64,000 nt of DNA from Lama glama (GCA_028534125.1 CM052832.1:22632001-22696000), one strand, 5' to 3'; positions 25,706-38,229 are shown, counted from the first letter of the stretch. A program made the numbers and translations. Notes: a model not told the origin generated them from the sequence alone.

Positions 25706-25798
25706 ACAACTCTGAAGTTAGATATTATTACTCCCACTTAAATGAAAGCTCAGAAAGATAGCTTGGCCACACTCCCACAGGTAGAGTCAGATCAGATG

Positions 25799-25897
25799 TA
25801 AGATGACCATGTATCCCAGTTGCCCTGGATAATTATCAGTATGTCTTCATTTCACTCTCCATCCGGGGTTTGGTCAGTACATTGTAAGGTCATCCCA
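25799..25897. mobile_element. MER94-like hAT-Blackjack MITE
   Basis: Degenerate TIRs taagatgacc...ggtcatccca (consensus tagggtgacc...ggtcacccta); internal ataattat...tttcactctc...gtttgg. Confidence 0.55.
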
Positions 25898-26269
25898 ATT
25901 CATTAGCACCAGAATTGATCCGAAGCAAAATTGTGAAGGGGGAGGAGCTTGTCTTTGAGCCTTTCCTGTATCATCTGTCAGGCCGTCTCCAGGGGGAATG
26001 TTCCTGGGAACATGACTTTCTGTCTTTGGGGTCTTTAAACCTCTGTGCTATCCTCACTTACTCTATCTCAGCTGGTGAAATGATGGTGCAACTCTATTCC
26101 TGTTGACTTCCGTCCACAAGCAGCCAAGAGTTTGCAAATTTTGCTCCACAAACCTTGGTCCAGCCACCGCCTTCTCTGCAGAATGAGAGGAAAGCCTCTG
26201 CTTTACTAAGGCTGTTGCTAAGATCATCTCTTGCTGCTGCACCACTATGTAATTTCTTCCCCGCGCTGC

Positions 26270-26440
26270 CACAGAACTTTGTATATGGCTTTCCCTCTTT
26301 GATTTATAACATCATGTGGTAATTACTTGCTTATATCTCTATCTTTCCTACTACAGTATTGTGAAATTGTGAAGAGCTAGGATAGCGTTTTGTTAATGCG
26401 TTCTCAGCACCTAGCGATGTCCCTGGAATAAAATAGTCAA
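26270..26440 (+). mobile_element. L2 3' end fragment
   Basis: ttacttgcttatatctct...ctacagtattgtgaa...gagctaggatagcg...ctcagcacctagc. Confidence 0.6.
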
Positions 26441-28321
26441 CGGAGGCTCAGGGAGCTAAGATTTTCTGCTGCTTTCCCGTGCTCTCTCAGTTCCTGTAAC
26501 TTTCTGGTCGTTGACTCTTGTCTAGGACTTTTGGTCATGAACTTTGTTTTTCCTCCCAACTTCTGACGGTTCCCTGATTCCTCACCATCTATTGAGTCTT
26601 CTCTTTTACTGTATTTCCTAGTCTTTATATTGTTATGATGTATCTTTCTTCCTCGTTTTGAATCTACAGTATAACCTGCCTTTGTCATAGTTATACCCAA
26701 AATTTAGTCCAGATAAACACAGCTTGCCTGTTTGGCCTGCTTTTTGACTTCTGATATCTGTTCAAATTCGAATCACCTTTTTTTCTATTTGCAAGATCTG
26801 ATCAGAGTTCAAGGACATGGATCTGAACTCTAATTCTGGATCCTTCCAGCTGCATGGACTTGTACTTTAGCCTCTTTGAACTCACATTCCATGTCTGTGA
26901 AAAAGAGATAAATAACGATATCTTCTTCAGTATGAACGAGATACTATACATACAAGAACTTTGCAAATCAACACGAACCTGTTTCTGCCACATGCAAAAT
27001 TAGTTCTTTGTGCCAATCGAATAGAGGTTCTTAAACACAAAAATTCTTCTCAAACTTTAATAACAAACTCTCCTAAGGCAAGGAGCGAGAACATTAGGAT
27101 TTGGCATGTCACCTTGGAAAGATAGCCAGCTCTGGACTAGATCATCTTTGGAACCAGCGGGAACTGCTGTTTTATAGTTTGCTAAATTTAGATACGTGAG
27201 ACACATCAAATTAAAAGTTGAATGTTCTCTAAACTTAGTGTTTGTAAATTATTTTAAATCACTTTCTTAGAATTTTAAGCAGTTCTGGATGTTTAAGCCT
27301 GCCACTGTGTTTGCTACAACATATAATGTGTACAAAAATTATAGACTCTGGGCTGTCTCACCCATTAATGTTGGTCTGAAATAGCCTTTAGAAACAAGTG
27401 AAAAACAGACAGGAGAAGTCAAGGAGTCAGACACAGCCGTGCCTGTTTTGAGTGAAGTCTTGGCACTAAAACTTCAGATGAATGGGACTAAAAACCTTAG
27501 AGAATTTGGTCACTTGGAGTATGAAAGTATTTTCCAAATTTTCTTTATTTCATACTCAAAATGCTGCAGCCTCGTTTCAGTTTTATAAAATAAGGGAGCT
27601 CACAATATTGATATTTTCTATAAAGGAATAATATTATTTTTAAGAATATTACTCTTTTTTGCTTTGTGGGAAGATTTCAGATTGTGGTCTAGGGAACTGC
27701 TCCTAGGAAATATTGAATGAATGAGAAAGTCTGGCACTACCAAGTATAATTAAAGATATCAAGATGCTATATTTATGCTAATTTAGAGAGTCTGAATTGT
27801 TCTCTAATTTTTGTGTTTTAAAAAAATTCTTTTGGATGTTGGTCCTTTGTCAAAAGTGCATTTGAAATGAACTCTAAGCTGAAGTGGTTTAAAAGGTTTG
27901 AAATGTGGGGGCCAATAGACGTGGTGTTATAAATACCTTTTGTGGCGTGGATGTGACTAATACCTTTCGCTCTGCTACACTGTTTCATGAGTCTAAAATC
28001 TTCCTCATGGTAATGATGTGTTGCTTCAGGCTGGCTTAGAGCTTGTGTGATGTTTGGAAAGTACTCCACTAAAGATCTGTGGATTTCTGGAAGCTCTGTG
28101 CTCTGTTCGGAATGCACAGGGAGTAAGAGAATCGCGAGGTTGACGGTGCTCCATGCAACTTTGAGGAGCTTTCAGAAATTTGTTTTTTTATTTAATCCAT
28201 GCTTCAGCTAGTCCTCATGGTATTCATACATTCTTTTAGCAGGAAGCCAGTTGAGCATGATTGATGGAAAATAACTATACAAATTTAAGGAAGGCTATAC
28301 TGGAAGATACAATGCTACAGT

Positions 28322-28537
28322 CAGGAACTGGCCAGCTTTTTCTGTAAAGAGCTAGAGAATAAGTATTTTTGGCTTCAAAGGCCGTATCATCTGTTACCAC
28401 TGCCCACTTCTGCTGTTGTAGTGAGAGTGGCCGCAGACAGTATGTAAACAAATAAGCATACTTATGTTCCAATAAAACTTTATAAAAAGAGGCAAGAAGG
28501 CAGATTTAGACCACAGGTTATAATTTGCTCACACCTG
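28322..28537. mobile_element. MER58A hAT-Charlie DNA transposon
   Basis: cagg..tggc.agctttttctgtaaag.gc.aga..taagtatttt.ggctt...gttccaataaaacttta...taatttgctcacacctg; near full length. Confidence 0.85.
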
Positions 28538-31500
28538 TTCTATGCAGTAGCTTTGCCATTGCTTAAATTTTTTTAAGCTACTTTTCTCCGTGGAGAGGAT
28601 TCAGACCAACAGAGGAGATCACAGAGAAGTTAATTGTTGTCAAAACTCAAGGGCTCAGGCGTAGTCCTGTAGCTGAAAAAGTTTCTTTGGGGGAGAGTAA
28701 GTGATTTCCTTTCTAATCCTACTGACTTTATTCAGAGCAAATAAACAGCTGAGGTGAGAAATTACACTACAAAGACATTATGGCCCTTTCCTTCTTGGAT
28801 GAGTCTCAGAGCCCATCCTCTGAATGTAATTACTGAAGAGCTGACCACATATGGATGGATTGTCTAGGAACTAAACAGAGATGAGCTTCAGAATGCGGGA
28901 AGAATGTAGTCAGATTCTAGGACTGAGCCATCACTACGCCAGCTAGCTGAGGGCTCACGTTAACCCCACCTCCTTTTCCTGTGGCTTATTACATCTAACC
29001 ATTTTCCTGCTCGTTTCCGCATCTAGAGAAAGAAAAAAAGGTGGGAGGGGGCGGGGAGAACAGCCGAAACAAATAATTAAGGATGACCGTGGAAGAATAG
29101 AGTGGAGTGGCAAAAATGGTTAAAAGAAAAGAAGGAAATAAACAATTTGAGACAAATCTGACTCTAGGCGAAAGTTCTAAGTAAGTGGAGTTATCTTGGC
29201 GTTACTGCTGCCACCTCTTCCGACTCTGCACCACCATTTTCAGCACCCACAGCATCAGTGCCGCTTGATGGACCCCACAACTTCTCCCTGCCTTGGAAGA
29301 GGCTGGCATCTCCACGCTTCTCTTTTCTTTCTCCTCTTTCCTCTCATCAGAATTTTCAGAGAGTCTCAGTCTTCAGCTTCTAGGAGGACGGGCAGTTTGT
29401 TAGAACTAATTTTTATGCTCATGTGGGGATAATTGATCTGTAATTTATATCATTCAGGAAGTGCAGGGAGATAATTTTAAGTGGAGACAAACTCTGTGGT
29501 ATCCGTCAAATGACACCAAGTAAGCCATAACCTGTTTCGCTTTTTGTCGGAGCAAGCATCTGTTGCCAGTCTTCATTACCAACACAGAAACACAAACTGT
29601 GAAACTGCTGTTGTCCAGGAGTCAGCTGATTGCCTAGATTTTGAAGATCACCCTTCGTTTTAATATCTAAATACAGTGATTTGAGACTCCACTCCACATC
29701 AGGATGAAAATGCCCTTGCTCTTCCTGTGCATTCCAGGGGGTAGAAACCTCTTGACTGACCTCACAGCTCCTCACACATCACTTGCTGTTCTTTCCTAGG
29801 GAACTCCCTTCCCCTTGCTGGTCCGCTCTCCTCCATGATGGACACCATCCTGATTTCTTCACTCCCCGCTGAGTAACTGCGGTCATGGTCTTGTGTATGG
29901 CAGACTTTTCCCAAAGTTTTGAAATAATGGTGGGCAGTTACAAATACAGTCGTACCACGTAGACATCAACTTAAATTTAATACCAGGTATTAAAGTCTCA
30001 AAAATTAAACAATCATTCAGTCATTTCTGAAAATAGGATGTTAGCGTTCTCTCTCCTTAGGATTCCAGCCTTGGTACTAGGGCTCTTTTCCTATAAAGGA
30101 AGAACCTTCTCCCAAATGAATTATACTCTCACCCTGAAAGGAAAAAGCAGACGCAGTCAGTTCTTGGGTTATAATAACAGCAGATTTCCTCTTCTCCTTC
30201 TGTATTTAATGATTGACGGTGCGGTAATCTCCTAATTACAAATGCAGTCACCTTTTCTCAGTTCTACATGTAACCTTTAGCATTTCGAGCTGTTTTTATT
30301 CTCTCCTTGAAGTTTTTTCGTATTTTGACTTTCATGACATGGTACTTGGCTTGGTTAGTTTAACTCATTGAGCGCATTTCTTTACCATTTCATTTCTTGA
30401 GGTGTTTTTTTTTTTTTTTTTTTTTTTTTATTCTGGTAGCCAGGCCCAAGTCTTATAGGTTAAAATATGAGCTGCAGACTGGGAATGTCAGGAAAGTTTT
30501 ACAGTAGGAGTCAGGGAGGGAAATTTTTAATAAATTAGGGAAATTATAAAATCTGTTCATTCATCTCTGACCACTCCCACTTTGATTACAAATACACAAC
30601 AGCATATTTTTGACTATTTATCTACTTTTAAAATAATAGTCTCTGCTAATTGTTTCTGTGCTTTATCTCCTCTTCACTTGCCTGTTTACCAGTGGTATAA
30701 AGCATTCAGTCATTCAAGCTGGAAATACCGCATTGTCATTGGAACACTTACCTTCCTTGTCCTTGAGATTTCGATGACAGCGGGCTTCTTATCACATGTT
30801 AATTCCTGGCTTCTCTCACTTCTCTCTTGTCCTTTATGTGTCCATTGCCAGCACCCTAGTCCAGTCCTGTATTACCTTCCGCTTCTCCAGTTACCTCTGG
30901 AGACACAACATAAAATTTTCCTATTCTCCCAGTAGTGAATAAATGAAACGAGGGAATCCTTGGAACTCAGTGAGCCTGGTATTGTTTCACTACAGAATTT
31001 CAATATTACCCAAGCATTCTTTTACTTTTGATGTGATTAAGTCTGACAAATATTTTTAATGGGATATAGCAGAATTTATCTGACCTTCTCTCCAATGAAT
31101 TGGTGAGCCTAGAGTTGTGCCCTGGCTGGACTTCAGGGTGCTAGGTCTAGTGTGGCAGTGGACGGGATGACACTCAGCTGCCAGATATGGGACAAGCTGA
31201 TAACAAAACAGCATATAATTGCTATGGCATATGTTAAAATTATATTTTATATAAAACATAATAACATAAAGTTATTTGCCTCCATAGTCTACAGAATACA
31301 CTTGCTTAGAAAATAAGGATGATGGGTTATGTTAAATCAGATCCAGTTTTCTTGGCCCTAAGAGCATGTCTGACAATGTGGCCAGAAGAGGTTAGTGCAT
31401 GGTCTGTAGTCCTTGGTGGAGATGTCTTTGTGCTTCTTCTTGGCAGCTCTGCAGATAATCTGCCCGTATACATCTGGTGTATTGCTGTGAACTGTTGTGC

Positions 31501-32397
31501 TCATAGCTTCTAAAACACCTGTTCCTTGTTAATTTCCTTGCTGAGAAACAAATACGCTTAACTTTTATCTTACCCACATATTTTTGATGTATCTTAGTGA
31601 TCCTAGGTCATTCTACTCAGTCACAGATTATTACAGCACCCGTAAAATAAAAAGGCGTTCCTAAGATACCAAGCTAGACAGTAGCAAAGCCCAGAATAGA
31701 ACCTGGGTGTCCCATTTTGTTCAGTGATTATTTTTTTTTGTATTTGTGTCTGGAGATGGGGAGGTGAGTGGGGAAAATAAAATAATGCAACATGTGGGAA
31801 AACTGAAATGTAGAAATTGACTTTCATGGAGGAGAGGCAGTGGTTGAAGATAATTAAGAGGAAAATAGCACATTGAGAAACAGAGACGAAGGACAGAAAA
31901 TGGGAAAAGTGAGTGTAATAAAAGAGAAGTATCCAATATAGAAAAGTAAACAGTGTGACCTATAAACCAAGCTGAAGTCAGTGAAGTCTCTTTAGGTTTC
32001 ATGAGAATTTTTCATAAGGCAGTCTTTTAACTACCTCGATTTCTTTGAAGGGCTTTGTTTTTCCCCCATGAAACTAGGAAGTAATAAAAAATTTTCTTGA
32101 CTGCAGTTCCGTATCTGATTTAAATGGCATGGCTTGACTCGTCTATAATTGCCTGATGGTTTTCCAGAGTAAAACAGGCTTTTTGACCAGGAGAGCCACA
32201 CCTCTTGAGTCGGCGATTCTCTGGACCCTTTGGGATAATCGGAGTTCAGCACAGGCCTGCAGGATTCTCCTCCTTTTCTCCTGTGCTTTATACATTTCCT
32301 CCTATAGGGCTTCACTCTGAGGACAGAAGCAGCACTCCGAGCGTGCTTACTCTCTATGAGAATAATCTGTGTTGTACACAAGATATGCCCATATAGG

Positions 32398-32588
32398 CAG
32401 GGATTGGTGAGTTTTCTCTGAGAAGGGCCAGACAGTAAAATACATTTGTGAACCATACTTAGCATTTGTGGGCCAATGAACAGTTGTAGCTACTCAGCTT
32501 TACCAATGTCATGCAAAAGGTACAAAGGTTTACAGTACATCAATGAGTGGGTATAGCTCTGTTCCAACAAAATTTTACTTACAAAAAA
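32398..32588. mobile_element. MER58A, 5' part (interrupted by an L1)
   Basis: cagggattggtgagttttct...aagggccagacagtaaa...ctactcagcttt...ctgttccaacaaaattttacttacaaaaa. Confidence 0.75.
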
Positions 32589-32589
32589 T

Positions 32590-33345
32590 TTCACGCGCAT
32601 TTGAAATGATCAAATCTGAGGAGCGAAAAGAAACCAGAGCGAAGAAAAGTGAAGGGAGCTTAAGGGACTTATGGTATACAGTCAAGGGGGTTAATATATG
32701 CATAATGGGAATTCCAGAAGGAGGAGAGAGAGAAGGGGGGACAGGTAGCCTATCTGAAGAAACAATGGCCCAGAACTTCCCAAATTTGAGGAAAGGAATG
32801 AAGATACAAATTTAAGAGCTCAATGAATCCAATTACAAAAAACCCAAAGAGACTCACATCAAGACATGTTATAATCAAACTGTTGAAAGTCACAAGGAGA
32901 GAATCTTAAAAGCAGCAAGAGAAAAGTGACTGATCATGTACAAGGAAACTCCTGTAAGACTATCATCAGATTTCTTAGCAGAAGCCTTGCTGGCCAGAAA
33001 AGGGAGGAATGACATGTATTAATCTTAGCAACATTATGCTGTGTGAAATAAGCTGGTTACAAAAAGATAAATACTGTATGATTACATTCATAGGAGATAT
33101 CTAAAGTAGTCAAATTCATAGAAATAGAAAGCAGAATGGTAATTGTCAGGGACTAGGGGAGTGGAGCGTGGGGAGTTGGTGTTCAGTGGATTGTAGAGTT
33201 TTATTTTTGCAAAGTGAGAAGATTCTGTTCAATTGCATAGCAATGTAAATATAGTTAACACTGTTGAACTGGACACTTTAAAACGGTTAAGATGATAAAT
33301 TTTATGTTATGTGTGGGTTTTTTTTTTTAAATCAGTTTTTTAAAA
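32590..33345 (+). mobile_element. Internally deleted L1: ORF1 fragment joined to ORF2 end/3' UTR (L1MB-like)
   Basis: ORF 32543-32815 contains L1 ORF1p motifs (SLRDLW.TVK..NICIMGIPEGGERE, MAQNFPNL); ORF1 DNA (agagaatcttaaaagcagcaagagaaaa) continues to ~33020, then jumps to aacattatgct.tgtgaaataagc...caaattcatagaaatagaaagcagaatggt (3' end). Confidence 0.9.
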
Positions 33346-33395
33346 GCAGATCATGGACACGAACTGGCCCTAGGGCTGTAGTTCACCAATGTTTG
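33346..33395. mobile_element. MER58A, 3' part
   Basis: gcagatcatggacacgaactggccctagggctgtagttcacca resembles the MER58A 3' terminus (ggccggatttggcccgcgggccgtagtttgcc). Confidence 0.55.
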
Positions 33396-35839
33396 CAGAG
33401 GATCAGTCATTTTTGAAATAGAAGGGGAAATGAAAGAGGAGTGCTTTTCTATGTTTACCAGGAAACATGAAAAAAAAATAGTTTTGTAATTCTAAGTTGC
33501 ACTATGGTTAAAGATGGAGCATTTGATTGAACATTCTGTAATTGAACGAGATATATATATATCTTATTAAATGAAACTTCTGACTGCAGACTTTTTTTTG
33601 GCTGGTAGGTCAGAGTGAATATTTGGAAATTGAGAGGAGAAAAAGTTGTTGCTTTGGTAATTTCAAACTCCAGTTTTCTCTCATTTTCCCCAAAGCCAGT
33701 GCTTGATACATCCTGGTCCATGGAGGGGGTTCTGTCATCCATCAGATTCCTCCTTTACACAGGGAGAGCACCAGTTTAGGAAGGAAAAGGCACAGGCTTC
33801 ATCCCATCGAAGTTCTGTGATCGTGGGAAGCTCAGTGTCTTGCATGTATTAGAATGGTGTCAATATTTTCATAAGACATGCAGATTACAGTACCAGAAAT
33901 GTTATTTAGAAGACCTTACGTCCCTCCTCAGATAGTCCTTGAGAATACATTCCTAGAAGTGGAATTTTGTGCCACATCTTTTTGTGCATATCCCCAGCTT
34001 TCTCAGAAAGGTGGACTCTAGACATTATCATCAGAGTCAGGGAGTGGCTGCTTCCCAGAAAATGTTCCCTCTGCTCCCGTTGCACAACACTTAATCCGGA
34101 CTAGTTAGTTTTGAAACAGTGGTACAGTTCCCGGATGGAACCGCACACTCGGTGCTTTATGACACCTTTAAGTAGGCGTGTTCAAGCTTCCGTAGCAGAA
34201 GCAGGGGGGCAGTTTATGAAATGGTGCCACGGTGGTCTCAGAGCGTTCTTCTGCTTCAACAGACTGCCCCCACTGAACCAGAGAGGCCGTTTGTTAAAAC
34301 GCTTTTATGAAGGAAGCATCTTGGAGAAGTGGAGTAGACAGAGAACACAGCTTTAAAAAAAAAGAACCTGATGAACACTGTTGTCTCAAAAAAATACCAT
34401 GAGACTCAGGAACTTGGTAGCACAATCCTCAGCCAGTACACGAGGCTCTTTCCTCCACATGACCCTGGTGGAGATGTGCTCTGTCCTCCTGTGAGCACAG
34501 AAGGAAAGAGAAACGTCAGTTCCTTTTTTACTGCTTCTGTTTCCCGCATGGCCATCAATTGGAGTGACTGGATGTAGTCCTTTAGCAATTGCTTTCCATT
34601 GAAAAATGGTAGCTATGGACACATACCTGAATTCGCCAGCAATGTCAGATATTTCTACAGATCCATGAAACATCACCAAGTAGCAGAATGAGTATAATCA
34701 CAAAATCCCTAATAAGAGCAAAATATGAGGGGAATTTTGTCTTTAGCCATTTGCTTCTTGCTACTCACATCTTCTTTGATAATCACGCCATATTTTTTTA
34801 GGGACTTTAATCTATGATTGCTGATTTAAAGCAAAGGAAACGATTTCTCTAACCCCATAGTGATTTGGAATATTTGGGTTTGAACAGAAAATTTCCAAGT
34901 AGCTGCCAGTCCTTTCAGGGGGTTCATTTCTATCACATCTTTCACCTGAGTGCTCCTTGTAGGAATGCCATGCTGATTGGAATGTTTACAATATGGTGCT
35001 AAAGTGATAAAACAGGGCTCAAAATTACAGTTATGCCACGATTACATCTGTGTTAAAATAGGTATGCCTGTGAGCAAAGACTGGGCGGGAATAGCCCCAA
35101 GGTGAAATTATTCATTATGTTCTTGGCAGGAAATTGACATGATTTTTGACTTTCGAAATCTCTTTAATGTTGCTATCAATAGTGCTTTTTATCATTTTTA
35201 AAAAGCTCCATAATAATAATGTTCATAATAAACACCTTATTTGAGATAGGATCAAGTTACCGTCAAGCCCTAGAAGGTTGTGTCCAGACAGAAAATGTCC
35301 AGAGTCAGTGAAATTACAAACAAGCGTGAACAGCTGATCTTGGATGGCTAGCTTTTACATTTGCAAGGAACAAAGGAAATGCATCCACCACCTACTATTA
35401 CAGTCTTTCCCAAAAAGAAAGACTGTTTCAACAACAAGCAGTTACACTTAATGAAGCGTCAGAGTCAACCAGGGTGTTAATGATGAGCACGGAACATCAT
35501 CACGGGCCTGAGGGCACTGGCTTGCGATGCCGTGTTTGCTGAATAGCCTGTTGCATCTGAACTTGTGGTCCTGATGGCTTCTACCGGTGCCTCCTCTCGT
35601 CAACGCGGTCAGTTGCATCCCCAACACCTACTCCCTTCCTTTTATTTTTCTTTCCTAATAGGAATCCTCTCCCATTTAAAAGTTATCCATCCATTCTGTT
35701 TCCAGTTGTAGAATGGAACTCAAATTTACTCTAAGTCAGTGATATTATGATAGTCTTTTTGTAGCTATTTACGTGTCTAAAAGCTAGGCGTGTGACCTAA
35801 TTTGACTGAATAGAAGGACTTACATACACATCTGCTATG

Positions 35840-36433
35840 TAGGGTGACAGTGACTGTGTGTCTTGGTTTGTCTGAGACAGTTTAGCTGTACGCCTTATTT
35901 TCTTGGTAGAACTATGATAGTGCCCCCTTTCATTCTTAAGATCATGTAGTTTTGGAAATAAATTACAGGCATACCTCGTGTGTTTTTTACAAATTGAAGG
36001 TTTGTAGCAACCCCATGTTGAGCAAGTCTGTCTGCACCGATATTTCAGCAGCATTTGCTCATTTTGTGTCCCTGTGTCACATTTTGGTAATTCTCACAGT
36101 ATTTCAAACTTCTTCATTACCATATTTGTCATGGTATCTGTGATCAGTGATCTTTGATGTTACTATCGTAACTTGCTGAAGGCTCAGTGATGGTTAGTGT
36201 TTTCAGCAGTAAAGTATTTTTCAATTAATGTATGTACATTGTTCTTTTAGACATAATGCTATTGCACACTTAATAGACTACAGCATAGTGTAAACATAAC
36301 TTTTATATGCACTGGGAACCAAAAAACTTTTGTGACTTGCTTTATTTGCTTTATTGCAATATTTGCTTTACCGTGGTGGTCTGGAACTGAACCTGCAATG
36401 TCTTTGAGGTGTGCCCATATGTGTTCAGCCTTA
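35840..36433. mobile_element. MER94-like MITE split by Tigger1
   Basis: Left TIR tagggtgac at 35840; internal atagtgccccctttcattct...gttttggaaataaatta; right end tgtgttcagcctta after the Tigger. Confidence 0.6.
35966..36417. mobile_element. Tigger1-derived internally deleted TcMar DNA transposon
   Basis: TA|caggcatacctcg...tgaggtgtgccca|TA; Tigger1 blocks ttacaaattgaaggtttgt.gcaaccc and cacacttaatagactacag.atagtgtaaacataac. Confidence 0.92.
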
Positions 36434-36954
36434 TTATAAACTGTATTTGGGAGAGACACCTTTCTTCCTCTCTCCCACTAAGTATAAACAAAAATTCATA
36501 TAACCCTGTTTACAGTCATCTTGAAAAATGGGACTCCCGGCTTAGAATGACCCTGATCCTGAGGTCTGGGAAGTAAAAAGACTAAAAGAAATTCCAATTC
36601 TTGAAGACACGGTTGAGTGGTTGTTGATTGCATAATACCTGGATCCTGTCCTACCGTGGACTTCTACTTCTCTGAGTCAACACATGTTATTATTGTGTGC
36701 ACAGATTGATTTGTTACTCTGTTACTTGCAGACCAGATAACCCTGTTATATATCCCACGGAATACGTTCTGCTCTCCTTCTGTAAATATCTCCCACATCT
36801 GCATGTGATACATGTATGTCAGACTCCCTGATACTTTTTCTTCTTGGATATTCATGCCCTTGTAAGAACTTTGCCAGTCCTATTGAAAGCACTGTATTTT
36901 CCCTCAAAGAAACAATACTTTCCTATCATTTAAGACAAATGGGAAACTCCTAGA

Positions 36955-37125
36955 GCAGTATTTCTCAAACTTCAATGTGCATGAGAATCATACGGAGATG
37001 TTGTTAAAATGCAGATTCCGATGCAGTAGATTTGGGTGGGGCCTGAGAGGTTACGTTTCTAACAAGCTCCCAGGTGATGCAGGTGGTGCCTGTACAGGTG
37101 ATGCCCACACCACTGACCACGCCAG
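36955..37125. mobile_element. MER5-family hAT-Charlie element
   Basis: cagtatttctcaaactt...gttaaaatgcagattc...gggtggggcctgaga...tttctaacaagctcccaggtgatgc. Confidence 0.8.
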
Positions 37126-37824
37126 GAGTAACAAGCTCCCAGAGGCCTCACAATTTTCCAATACTCATATCATCTAATAACCTCTATGTGTTTTAGCCTC
37201 CTAAACTATGAATTTTTGACCTCCCAGTTTCCTTCCAACTCACAAAATCTGTTTAGCTCTGTTTCTGGTAGATGATTTCCCAAGGCTATCCAAAATAGAC
37301 AGATGTTTGATGGCAGGCCTGGAAGATACATTGGAGATATTATTAAATGGAATAAATGTTCCTATTTGTTTGTTTGGGATGATAAAAGAATATTGACTCT
37401 TCTTTCCAGAATAAATTTGAAAGATTCCCATCATGACTTTTTGCTTAGTAGACAATAGTGTGTGTTGTAAAACTGCTGGGCTGACAGCTGACTTTAGTCA
37501 GATCCTGGCTGACAGGGAGGCCCCATCCAATCACTCCACCTTGCTGAGTGTCTTTTTCTCGTCTTTAAAAATGTGGAGGTGAGACCATTTCCAGGTTCCT
37601 TTTCAGAACCGAAGCTCTGCAGACACAATAAGCAACTTTCTGCCTGTGGTTTCTACACATTGGAAGCTGTGGCATTTGTGGCCAGAGCGGCCACAGTCAA
37701 TGATCCCAGACTTCCTTTCTGGTCCTCTCGCTTCGGTTCATGCAGCCCAAGCCAGTTCGGTGAAGCATCATTTCTGGTGATTGGCATCTGAGGGCAGGAG
37801 ATTTCTTGCATCTGCAAGACCCCT

Positions 37825-38009
37825 CTGTGGTTCTCTAACTTCAATATGCCTCAGAATCTCCATGAGACTTGTTAAAACACAGGCTGCTGGCCTGCACCCC
37901 CAGAACATCTGATTCAGTAAGTATAGGGTGAGGCCTGAGAATCTGTGTTTCTAAGTCCTTAGGTGATGCTGATGCTTCTGGTCCAGGGACCACACTTTGA
38001 GAACCACTG
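37825..38009. mobile_element. MER5A, full length
   Basis: TIRs ctgtggttctc...gagaaccactg; internal ctgattcagtaagtatagggtgaggcctgagaat and ggtccagggaccacactttg. Confidence 0.9.
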
Positions 38010-38229
38010 AGCAGGCTGTAAACATCAGTGGTCAATTTCAGCTTCTTCCTAGTTGATCGGGTGATCCTGTCCTTCACAACTCCTCTGTAAATATGTGAGG
38101 TGCTCTGCGTGGGGGTCTAGTGTGTGTCATGGGACTCCCGGCCTGTTTCTTGGAGCCTGTATCACATGCCAAGTGTGTTTGTCCATGCCTTGCACTCAGC
38201 AGATTTTTGAGTAATTTTTGAAGAGATAA

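Larger units (their letters stand above)
35620..36750 (+). mobile_element. Old MaLR LTR (MLT1J/K-like), split by nested MER94 and Tigger1 insertions
   Basis: 5' piece ttcctaataggaatcc...ctaagtcagtga...ggcgtgtgacctaatttg; 3' piece gtcatcttg...ttcttgaagacacggttgag...tctgttacttgcagacc. Confidence 0.45.

Noticed and set aside
36259..36459. Peptide motif VH.KVMFTL.C.LLSVQ shared with ORF 58292-58573
   Set aside because: Both are translations of the Tigger1 subterminal non-coding region
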